DNA of 64,000 bases. It comes from an uncultured Clostridia bacterium (lineage in GTDB: Bacteria > Bacillota > Clostridia > TANB77 > CAG-508). Position 1 is the first letter of the stretch, and every line of letters starts with the position of its first letter. The notes under the pieces were generated by a model. That model was not told the origin of the DNA, did no database searches, and saw only the letters and a list, made by a program, of their open reading frames with translations. The stretch spans positions 924-64,923 of the forward strand of contig CALXJX010000004.1 in the NCBI GenBank assembly GCA_944388735.1, read 5' to 3'. The translations under genes were made by a program, and so were the position numbers. Shown here in pieces: positions 1 through 8,136 of the stretch.

Positions 1-74
1 GGATTTATACTATTTTTTTGTAACAATTTACCTCTGAACTATTACATTTTTTTATAGAATAAAGAAAATAATAA

Positions 75-103
75 TTGACATTTTTCGCAAAAAACTATAT
101 ACT
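75..103 (+). promoter_or_regulatory. sigma-A-type promoter candidate for first pilin-like gene
   Basis: TTGACA (75-80), 17-nt spacer, TATACT (98-103), about 30 nt upstream of the ORF. Confidence 0.5.
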
Positions 104-132
104 TAAATTAAAGATTTATAGAAAAAGGTAGA

Positions 133-756
133 ATGGAGGGGAATAATGTGAAATTAAGAAAAATATTTATATTAATTTTAAGCATAATTATGATTATTTC
201 TATTATCCCTGTAACATCTTATGCTGGTGATGGCACAGATGAAATAGCATCATCAACTATAAACCCAAATGAATATAAGCCAAATGTACAAACATCTACA
301 AAACTAGACAATATAGGGGATGAAATTGCGGATACAATACAAACAATAGGAAGTATATTATCTGTTATTGTATTAATGATAATAGGTATAATGTATATGG
401 TAGGAAGTACAGAAGATAAGGCAAATTATAAAGAAACCATGTTTCCTTATGTCTTAGGAGCATTCTTTGTATTTGGAATTTCAAGGATTATAGGAATAGT
501 TAAAGATGTGGGAAATGCCGTGACAAATAATGCTACAAGTGCAGCAGATATTGGAAATATACTTGTAACAGTTATAGGAACTGTAGGTTCTGTTACTTCA
601 GTTGTTGTATTAGTAATTATAGGTATTAAATATATGATGGGGAGTGTAGATGAAAAGGCTAACTATAAAAAGAGTTTAATGCCTTATGTAATAGGAGCAG
701 GACTTGTGTTTGCTGCTTCAAATATAGCATCTGTGATATATAATCTTGCAATTTGA
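133..756 (+). CDS. T4SS pilin-like protein with two tandem VirB2/TrbC-like modules
   Basis: Signal-like N-terminus, then two copies of a ~65-aa two-TM module (IIGIMYMVGSTEDKANYKETMFPYVLGAFFVFG and IIGIKYMMGSVDEKANYKKSLMPYVIGAGLVFAAS). The same module occurs once in each of the next two ORFs. RBS GGAGGGG (135-141) favours GTG 148 as the real start. Confidence 0.6.
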   Translation: MEGNNVKLRKIFILILSIIMIISIIPVTSYAGDGTDEIASSTINPNEYKPNVQTSTKLDNIGDEIADTIQTIGSILSVIVLMIIGIMYMVGSTEDKANYKETMFPYVLGAFFVFGISRIIGIVKDVGNAVTNNATSAADIGNILVTVIGTVGSVTSVVVLVIIGIKYMMGSVDEKANYKKSLMPYVIGAGLVFAASNIASVIYNLAI

Positions 757-775
757 TGTTGTTTTATGCTATAAT
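746..775 (+). promoter_or_regulatory. promoter candidate with extended -10 for second pilin-like gene
   Basis: TTGCAA (746-751), 18-nt spacer, TGcTATAAT (767-775). Confidence 0.4.
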
Positions 776-837
776 ATATAATGATTAACAAAGTTTTTAA
801 AGTTTTAATATAAAAAATAATAAAAGGAGGAATATGT

Positions 838-1236
838 ATGTACAAAAAACTTGCAAAAATTCAAAAAGCATTTATTGTAGTTCTATTCGTTATGGTAATA
901 TTAAATACATTTACAATGTTTGTTTTTGCTGGTGATGATGCAGCAGCTACAATAAAAGATCCAAGTGAGTTAACTGGCTCAGCAAATACAAATGTTACAG
1001 GAATTACTAATATAGGAAATCAATTAATTACGATAATAAGTACTGTTGGTTCAGTAGCTTCTGTAATTGTTTTGATCATATTAGGACTTAAGTACATGAT
1101 GGGAAGTGCAGAAGAAAAAGCAGAGTACAAGAAAACTTTATTGCCTTATGTAATAGGTGCAGGACTTGTATTTGCAGCTTCAGCAATAGCAGGAATTGTA
1201 TTTTCATTTACAAGAAATCTTAGTGGCATAGAATAA
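838..1236 (+). CDS. VirB2/TrbC-like T4SS pilin-like protein
   Basis: 132 aa, signal peptide (FVFAGDD), then ILGLKYMMGSAEEKAEYKKTLLPYVIGAGLVFAASAIAG, near-identical to module 2 of 133-756. RBS AAAGGAGG upstream. Confidence 0.6.
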   Translation: MYKKLAKIQKAFIVVLFVMVILNTFTMFVFAGDDAAATIKDPSELTGSANTNVTGITNIGNQLITIISTVGSVASVIVLIILGLKYMMGSAEEKAEYKKTLLPYVIGAGLVFAASAIAGIVFSFTRNLSGIE

Positions 1237-1259
1237 TAATATGTAAATAATAAATGCAA

Positions 1260-1290
1260 AAAAAATCGGGGAATTACCTCGATTTTTTTG
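1260..1290 (+). terminator. rho-independent terminator after pilin gene 2
   Basis: Stem ATCGGGG/CCTCGAT, loop AATTA, followed by TTTTTT. Confidence 0.7.
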
Positions 1291-1300
1291 TTGAAAAAAG

Positions 1301-1329
1301 TTGAAGAAATATGAAAAATAATGTATAAT
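1301..1329 (+). promoter_or_regulatory. promoter candidate for third pilin-like gene
   Basis: TTGAAG (1301-1306), 17 nt, TATAAT (1324-1329). Confidence 0.5.
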
Positions 1330-1365
1330 AAAATATGAGGAAGATATAGAAAAAAGGTGATTTGA

Positions 1366-1776
1366 ATGAAAAATATAAGAGTAAAAAGAATATTTTTAAT
1401 AGTTATTTTAGTCATATTTACAATATTATTTATGAACATTCCATTTGTAAGTGCATCTGGTTCAGAGGAGGGTGGCTCATCAATAAATATAGATGATGCA
1501 ATGCAAAAAGCAGACGACTTTGTTGGTTTAGGAAGTTCTTTCCAGCTTTCAGGAGTCAAAAATGCTTCAGATGCTATTTATAGTATATTACTAGCAATAG
1601 GAGGAGTAGTTGCCTTATGTGTAGGAGTATTTTTAGGAGTAAAATTTATGACATCAACTGTTGATGAAAAAGCAAAAGTAAAAGAATCATTAATAGTTTA
1701 TATTATAGGATGTATAGTAATTTTTGGAGCGTTTGGTATATGGAAACTAGTTATTGATATGGGAAATAGTTTATAG
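1366..1776 (+). CDS. divergent VirB2/TrbC-like pilin-like protein
   Basis: 136 aa, signal peptide (FVSASGSEE), then FLGVKFMTSTVDEKAKVKESLIVYIIGCIVIFGAFG. Same two-TM module with the conserved xEKAxxK loop. Confidence 0.55.
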   Translation: MKNIRVKRIFLIVILVIFTILFMNIPFVSASGSEEGGSSINIDDAMQKADDFVGLGSSFQLSGVKNASDAIYSILLAIGGVVALCVGVFLGVKFMTSTVDEKAKVKESLIVYIIGCIVIFGAFGIWKLVIDMGNSL

Positions 1777-1782
1777 ATAAAA

Positions 1783-1815
1783 GGCATAAACAGTGTGGTT
1801 TATGTCTTTTTTATT
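1783..1815 (+). terminator. rho-independent terminator after pilin gene 3
   Basis: 9-bp stem GGCATAAAC/GTTTATGTC, loop AGTGTG, then TTTTTT. Confidence 0.7.
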
Positions 1816-1864
1816 ACAATAATATTACATTAGTATTATTTTTTTGATATTTTTAGTTAAAACC

Positions 1865-1893
1865 TTACAAAATTCTAGTTTTTTTGGTATAAT
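1865..1893 (+). promoter_or_regulatory. promoter candidate for the T4SS core operon
   Basis: TTACAA (1865-1870), 17 nt, extended -10 TGgTATAAT (1885-1893). Confidence 0.5.
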
Positions 1894-1931
1894 AGTATAT
1901 AAGTATAATTAGGTATAAATAGGAGGAGATT

Positions 1932-2285
1932 ATGAGTACATATAATGTTCCAAGAAATGTTAAAGGAGAGGGAAGAATTTTATATATTTTTTCTACAAAA
2001 GCATTGATATACACATTTGCAGGTGCTGGAATAGGAGCCTTATTCTATTTTATTTTAAATGTATTAGGAATGACTTTTATAGGTTTATTATTCATTGTGT
2101 TATTTGGAGCTATTGGTTTCTCAATAGCTACGTTTTCAGTTCCTAATATTAAAATATTTGAAATCACAAGAAAGACACACGGGGAAAAAATTGACGATGT
2201 AATAAGAAGAGGAATTAAATTTAAAATGCAAAAAGATAAAATATATACTTTATATGCAAAGGAGGAAAATAAAATATGGAAGTAG
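1932..2285 (+). CDS. PrgI/VirB3-like small T4SS membrane protein
   Basis: 117 aa, two adjacent TM helices after a short polar N-terminus (RILYIFSTKALIYTFAGAGIGALFYFIL), located just upstream of the VirB4 gene as in Gram-positive T4SS loci. Confidence 0.55.
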   Translation: MSTYNVPRNVKGEGRILYIFSTKALIYTFAGAGIGALFYFILNVLGMTFIGLLFIVLFGAIGFSIATFSVPNIKIFEITRKTHGEKIDDVIRRGIKFKMQKDKIYTLYAKEENKIWK

Positions 2286-3517
2286 ATATGATAACAAATT
2301 TATTAACAATTCTTTTAATAATTATATCTGTTGTGTTGGTAATATTGATATTTGTTTTTGTAATGTTAAAAATAAAAAGTAGGCAAACAATAAAAGCTAA
2401 TTCTTCTACAAAAAATAATAAAGATATAAATACAAAGGGAAAAGTTAAAGAAAAGCAAAACGAGATAGCAAAACATAAATCTGTATTAGATTTTATGGAA
2501 TTTGAAAAAGTAGAAGATAATATGATTATCCAAAAAGCAGGGGTTAAGTATTTAATGGTTGTTGAATGTCAAGGGGTAAACTATGATTTAATGTCATCAG
2601 TTGAGAAAACAGGTGTTGAAGAGAGCTTTATACAATTTTTAAATACTTTAAGACATCCGATACAAATTTATGTGCAAACAAGACCCATTAATCTAGAAAA
2701 TAGTATAAAACTATACAAAAGTAAACTAGAAGAAATAGAAAGCAGATATCAAAGAGAAAAACAAAAATACGAAAGTATTAGAGAAAATCCAACATATACT
2801 CAAGACCAAATAAATAAAGAATTTTATGAGTTAACAAAAATAACAAATTTGTACGAATACGGAAAAGATGTCATTGCAGATACTCAACAGATGAGTCTAA
2901 ATAAAAATATATTAACAAAAAAATATTATATTATTATTCCATATTATCCTTCAGACTTAGGGAATAATGACTTTGATGCAGAAGAAATTAAAAATATAGC
3001 ATTTTCAGAATTATATACAAGAGCTCAAGCAATTATTAGAACATTATCTGCAGCTGGCGTAAATGGAAGAATATTAAATTCTGAAGATTTGGTAGAATTA
3101 TTATATATGGCATATAATAGAGACGAAGCAGAAACTTTTGGACTAGAAAGAGCCCTAAGAGCAGAATATGATCAAATATATGCAACAGCTCCAGATGTAT
3201 TAGACAAAAAGATGGATGCACTTAATGAAAAAATAGAGATGTTAGGAATTGAAAAAGCTCAACAAAAAATAGCACAAGTTAAGTCAGAAAAAGAAAGAGC
3301 ATTAGAAGATAAAGAAAGTAAATTGGATCAATTAATAAATGAAATTGCAAAAATAGTATTGGAAGAAAATAAAGACTATGTGGGTAGAGATGTAGCAGAA
3401 AGTGCAATTCAAAAAATAGAAGAAGAAGAGAATAATAAAGAGGGAGGTAATGAGGATGTTCAAAAAAGACAAACAAAAAGAAAAACAACAAGACAATCAA
3501 AGAGAGAAAATGCCTAG
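2276..3517 (+). CDS. T4SS-associated membrane-anchored coiled-coil protein (function unknown)
   Basis: 413 aa, N-terminal TM helix. The globular part (VKYLMVVECQGVNYDLMSSVEKTGVEESFIQFLNTL) resembles the N-terminal domain logic of VirB4-type proteins. K/E-rich coiled-coil tail; overlaps both neighbours. Confidence 0.45.
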   Translation: MEVDMITNLLTILLIIISVVLVILIFVFVMLKIKSRQTIKANSSTKNNKDINTKGKVKEKQNEIAKHKSVLDFMEFEKVEDNMIIQKAGVKYLMVVECQGVNYDLMSSVEKTGVEESFIQFLNTLRHPIQIYVQTRPINLENSIKLYKSKLEEIESRYQREKQKYESIRENPTYTQDQINKEFYELTKITNLYEYGKDVIADTQQMSLNKNILTKKYYIIIPYYPSDLGNNDFDAEEIKNIAFSELYTRAQAIIRTLSAAGVNGRILNSEDLVELLYMAYNRDEAETFGLERALRAEYDQIYATAPDVLDKKMDALNEKIEMLGIEKAQQKIAQVKSEKERALEDKESKLDQLINEIAKIVLEENKDYVGRDVAESAIQKIEEEENNKEGGNEDVQKRQTKRKTTRQSKRENA

Positions 3518-5423
3518 TGATGATTTATTACATAGAACAACCATAAAAGAATTAATAGCACCATCAGGAATAGATGCTTCAAATTTAGACCATCTGGAAA
3601 TTATTTCTAATATGAAAAGATATGCAAGAAGCTTTTTTGTATCTACATTACCAAGAATGTGTACATTTCCAGAATTGTTTAGAAGTATGTATGTTTTTGG
3701 AGATATAAATACTTCAATATATATAAACCCTGTTGCGGAATCTAGGTCTCAAAACGAATTAAATAGGGTTATAAATGAACTTGAAACAGAAAGAATAGTG
3801 GCAGCTGATAAAGGAAATATAAACAGAGAAAGTACTTTAACGCAAAAAAGATTAGAAGCAGAGCAGTTAAGAGATGAAATAGCAGCAGGATTTAATAAAC
3901 TATTTGAAGCTTCTGTTGTTGCAACTTTATTTGCATATAGTGTAGATGATTTAGATAAATTAACAAAATTATTAGCGACAGAATTGTCTAAGAATTTGGT
4001 AGAGATAAAAAGTGCTTGGGCAGTTCAAGAAGATGCTTTTAAATCAAATTTGCCTCTTATGGATGATAAAATAAAGAAGATACATACTTTTGACAGAGGT
4101 TCAATGAGTACAGTTTTTCCTTTCACATCCGCAGATATTGGACATGATACAGGTGTACCTTTAGGATTTAATAAACAAACAGGAACGCCAATTTTATTTG
4201 ATAATTTCCATCCATCATTGACTAACTATAATATGGTTATATTTGCAAAGTCTGGTGCTGGTAAATCCGTAACAATGAAAACTCTAATTTCAAGATCTTC
4301 TGTATTAATGGGAATTGAAAGTTTAGCATTAGATGCAGAAGGTGAGTATACAATAGTTGCAGAAAGTTTAGGAGGAATTAATGTTGTTTTAAGTCCAAAT
4401 TCTAAAACAGTTATCAATTTATTTGATATAGAATCAGAAAAAGTAAAGGATGAAATAACAGGAAGAGAAAGAATAGTAGTTAATGTAGAAAACAAAGTAG
4501 AAGATGTTACACAGGCTCTACTTACTATGGCTAGAGGAAGTACAAGAAGTACAGATGTTAACGAGCTTACAAAACAAATTATAGCTGAATCAGTAGCAGA
4601 GGAATATGCAGCTAAAGGGATAACAAGTGATCCTAATAGTTTGTATGAAAAAAGTGAAAGATTTAATGATGACGAAAAATTATATAGACAAAAGAAACAA
4701 ATGCCAACAATAGGATCATGGTATAAAAGAATTCAACAAAAGGCAAAAGATAATTCAAATGTTGATTATCAATTCCATTATAGTTATTTATTAAAAGTTA
4801 TGAAACAATATATAAGAGAATATGATGGGCAAATGGCATATTTTGATGGACAATCTACATTTGAGTTATTAGAAGAGTCACCATTTATAAATTTGGATAT
4901 TTCTCAACTAGAAGAGAGATTTGCAAGACCACTTGCACAACAAATATTGTTATCTTGGATTTGGGAAAAATATGTTAAGAAAAATAGTGAGGATAGAACA
5001 AGGGCAAGAAAGAAAAGAGTTCTTGTTGATGAAGCATGGATGTTATTACCATACCCAGAAGCTGTAGACTTTTTAAATACAATGGCTAGACGTGCTAGAA
5101 AAAGAAATGTATCATTAGCTATTATTTCTCAAAGATTCCAAGATTTTTATGAGAAACCAGAGGCACAGGCTGTTTTAACATCATCAGATACAAAATTATT
5201 CTTAGCCCAAGATAAGTCAGAAATTGCTTATCTTAAAGAGGTTTTCAAATTAAGTGAAGGTGAAGCTAATTTCTTAGTAACATGTCTAAAAGGTGAAGGA
5301 TTGTTAAAGGTAGGTTCAGATTCAGCAATTATACAAATTACCCCAACTCAAAAAGAGTTTGAGTTTGTAGAAACGAATTTAAATAAATTAGTAAAAATGA
5401 AAAAAACGGAACAAGGAGTATAG
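3450..5423 (+). CDS. VirB4-family T4SS ATPase
   Basis: Walker A FAKSGAGKSVTMK, Walker B RVLVDEAWMLL, ~640 aa. ATG 3510 (MPSDDLLHRTTIKELIAPSGID) overlaps the upstream stop by 8 nt and is the more likely start. Confidence 0.9.
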   Translation: MRMFKKDKQKEKQQDNQREKMPSDDLLHRTTIKELIAPSGIDASNLDHLEIISNMKRYARSFFVSTLPRMCTFPELFRSMYVFGDINTSIYINPVAESRSQNELNRVINELETERIVAADKGNINRESTLTQKRLEAEQLRDEIAAGFNKLFEASVVATLFAYSVDDLDKLTKLLATELSKNLVEIKSAWAVQEDAFKSNLPLMDDKIKKIHTFDRGSMSTVFPFTSADIGHDTGVPLGFNKQTGTPILFDNFHPSLTNYNMVIFAKSGAGKSVTMKTLISRSSVLMGIESLALDAEGEYTIVAESLGGINVVLSPNSKTVINLFDIESEKVKDEITGRERIVVNVENKVEDVTQALLTMARGSTRSTDVNELTKQIIAESVAEEYAAKGITSDPNSLYEKSERFNDDEKLYRQKKQMPTIGSWYKRIQQKAKDNSNVDYQFHYSYLLKVMKQYIREYDGQMAYFDGQSTFELLEESPFINLDISQLEERFARPLAQQILLSWIWEKYVKKNSEDRTRARKKRVLVDEAWMLLPYPEAVDFLNTMARRARKRNVSLAIISQRFQDFYEKPEAQAVLTSSDTKLFLAQDKSEIAYLKEVFKLSEGEANFLVTCLKGEGLLKVGSDSAIIQITPTQKEFEFVETNLNKLVKMKKTEQGV

Positions 5424-5425
5424 TT

Positions 5426-8110
5426 TTGAAAGTATTTAGAAAACAGAGTATAACACAAAAGATAATAGCAACAATTATAGTTGTTATATTATTGTTTAAT
5501 TTAATACTGCCTACATATTCTAAAGCTGATGATGGTTTTGGAGGGCAACTTTGGGAACCTGTTCAAAGTTTAGTTTTAGGTTTAGGAGATGTAATTTTTA
5601 ATATTCTTCAAAAGACTTTTATTGAAGGAGCTCCTGAGGCTGTGTTTAAGTGTACAATGGCAGAGGTTATTAATGGAGAAGGCTTAGGTACAGACTTTAT
5701 GAATTTTTTCACAGGATTACCAGTATTTTTTGGAGATTTCTTTTCTTGGCTAGGCTCAGTTGGTGCTAACATAAGTGGTAATGAAAATGCTGATACAGAT
5801 GGAGACGGACAAGTTTCAACTGAAGAAGCTCAAACGTATTTTTCAAAAGATATAGTTTTTCCATCTATATTTTATAGTGTAGAGAATATTTTTGCTAATA
5901 AAATACCAGCATTTGATGTGAATTTTATAAATCCATCTGTTAATCCGCCAACAGTTGTGGATAATGCAGCAGATATAAGAGAAAAAGTTACAGGATTAAG
6001 CTCAGATGAAGTTTCAAGTACAGAAGCCATTGGTAATATAGCAAGTCAATTACAATCAGCAATTGCTAATTGGTATAATGCTTTAAGAATTTTATCATTA
6101 GTAGCTATGCTTTCAATTTTAGTTTATATAGGAATAAGGATAACTTTGGTAAGTACATCAGCTAAAGAACAGGCTAAATATAAAGTAATGTTGAAGGATT
6201 GGGTGTTTGCTATTGTTATATTGTTTGTAATGCATTATATTATGGTTTTAGGATTAACAATAACACAAAAATTAACAGAAATATTTTATACTTCTTATGT
6301 CGAAGCTTTAAATGTGCAAACGCTTTCAAATAATTTATCTCAAATAACAGCACAGACTATGGCGACGTCTATAAGATTAGCAGTATCAACATCTTCTTTA
6401 GAACTTGGAGAAGCAATGGGATATACTATAATGTATGCTGTTTTTGTAGTATATACATTAATGTTTACATGGCAATATTTAAAAAGGGTTATATATATGG
6501 CATTTTTAACAATGATTGCACCACTAGTCGCTATTACATATCCAATAGACAAAATGAAAGATGGAAAAGCACAAGCATTTAATATGTGGATGAAAGAATA
6601 TATTTTTAATTTATTAATTCAGCCGATACATTTAATGTTATTTACAGTATTGGTTTTAAGTGCAACTGATTTGATGAAAAATAATGTTATATATGCAATT
6701 GTTGCAATAGGATTTTTAACGCAATCTATAAAAATTGTTAAAAAATTATTTGGATTTGATAGACCACCAGTTGGAGGTGGAGGATTAGCAGAGGGAATTG
6801 CAGGAGGTGCAATGTTTAGTGCAATGCTAGGAGCTTTGCAACACATTCCTGGATTAGGAAGATCAAAAGGAGCAACTTCATCTGGAGGAAGTTCATCTGG
6901 AGAAAGCAATAATAAAATAAATTTTGCAGCAGGAAGTGATAGAGGTTCAGATTTGAAAGGTTTGGCAGCTTTTAGAGATGGAGATGTGAATGTAGATGAA
7001 TATACAGCTAATCTAAATTTAGTTAATAGTAAAAATTCTAGACGAATAAGAAGAAGAGAAGCTTTAGCAAATTATCAAAAGGCAGGATACTCTAAAAATG
7101 ATGCAGGTTATTATTATAATCCTCATACAAAACAGTATGATCCAAACTACGATCCAACAAAAGATGAGAAATTTAATATAAATATGGGAAAAGATGAAAA
7201 TACTGCACCAGGATATAAAAGTCCAAAGATTGATGTTGGAAAAACGAATTTATCAAACAAAGGAAAAGATGTAAAAGCTTATGTAGATGCAAATAATGCC
7301 AAAGGAAGAAATAAAAACAATACTTCCACAGGTAATACTCCAATAGCAGGAGAGAACAATGCAGAAGGAAACGTATCACAAAACGCAAATGTAAATTTAC
7401 AAAATGTTAATTCGGATGAAGATAGACAAACAAAACAAAAAGAAAAATCAAATAGAAGTGTAATTAGAGGATTTACAGAATTAGGAAAAAGATATGTACC
7501 AAAAGCTGGTATGGGAATAGCTAAATTGACAGCTGGAGCTTTAGCTGCTGGAACATTAGGAACAATAGGAGTAGCAGCAGGATTAGCATCAGAAAAATCG
7601 ACAGATGCAATTAAATTAGGAATAACAGGTATAACAGCAGGAGCAGTATTAGGAAGTTCCGTACCAAGGGCAGTGGTTGGAACAGGTAAAACTACTGTAG
7701 AATCAACTAAAAATGTTAAAGAAACTTATTTAAAAGGATATCATGGAGAAAAATATGAAGAAGTAAAAGCAGATAAAGCTTATAAGAAGAGTAAAGATGT
7801 AGATAATCACTTAAAATTGAAATTTGGAGATAAGTGGAATGATGCAAAAGAAAAAGCATTAGAATTAAGAAAGCTAGGCATAACAGATCAAAAAGATATA
7901 GATATAGCTATAAAAGTAATGTTTAAACACGAAGAATTGTCAATAGAAGAAGTAGTAAGTCTACTTAAATTTAAAGATGTTGTTACAAGAGCAGAGTTAA
8001 GAGATAAGAAGAAAAGAGAAAGAATTAGACAAAAGATACTTTCTATGGGTATAGATGAAAAACAAGCAGATGTAATTTTATCTTTATTAGATGAGATTTT
8101 AGACACATAA
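5426..8110 (+). CDS. VirB6/TrbL-like polytopic T4SS channel protein, paralog 1
   Basis: 894 aa, TTG start 7 nt after AAGGAG. Signal sequence, conserved FPSIFYSVENIFANKIPAFDVNFINP block, 5-6 TM core (AMGYTIMYAVFVVYTLMFTWQYLKRVIYMAFLTMIAPLVA), Gly-rich linker, C-terminal soluble domain. Confidence 0.6.
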   Translation: MKVFRKQSITQKIIATIIVVILLFNLILPTYSKADDGFGGQLWEPVQSLVLGLGDVIFNILQKTFIEGAPEAVFKCTMAEVINGEGLGTDFMNFFTGLPVFFGDFFSWLGSVGANISGNENADTDGDGQVSTEEAQTYFSKDIVFPSIFYSVENIFANKIPAFDVNFINPSVNPPTVVDNAADIREKVTGLSSDEVSSTEAIGNIASQLQSAIANWYNALRILSLVAMLSILVYIGIRITLVSTSAKEQAKYKVMLKDWVFAIVILFVMHYIMVLGLTITQKLTEIFYTSYVEALNVQTLSNNLSQITAQTMATSIRLAVSTSSLELGEAMGYTIMYAVFVVYTLMFTWQYLKRVIYMAFLTMIAPLVAITYPIDKMKDGKAQAFNMWMKEYIFNLLIQPIHLMLFTVLVLSATDLMKNNVIYAIVAIGFLTQSIKIVKKLFGFDRPPVGGGGLAEGIAGGAMFSAMLGALQHIPGLGRSKGATSSGGSSSGESNNKINFAAGSDRGSDLKGLAAFRDGDVNVDEYTANLNLVNSKNSRRIRRREALANYQKAGYSKNDAGYYYNPHTKQYDPNYDPTKDEKFNINMGKDENTAPGYKSPKIDVGKTNLSNKGKDVKAYVDANNAKGRNKNNTSTGNTPIAGENNAEGNVSQNANVNLQNVNSDEDRQTKQKEKSNRSVIRGFTELGKRYVPKAGMGIAKLTAGALAAGTLGTIGVAAGLASEKSTDAIKLGITGITAGAVLGSSVPRAVVGTGKTTVESTKNVKETYLKGYHGEKYEEVKADKAYKKSKDVDNHLKLKFGDKWNDAKEKALELRKLGITDQKDIDIAIKVMFKHEELSIEEVVSLLKFKDVVTRAELRDKKKRERIRQKILSMGIDEKQADVILSLLDEILDT

Positions 8111-8136
8111 AATTTATTTACAAAAAGGAGTAAATT

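Noticed and set aside
3450-3509. Long N-terminal extension of VirB4 overlapping the upstream gene by 68 nt
   Set aside because: The K/Q/E-rich extension mirrors the tail of the upstream ORF in another frame. ATG 3510 with an 8-nt overlap is the more typical coupled start.
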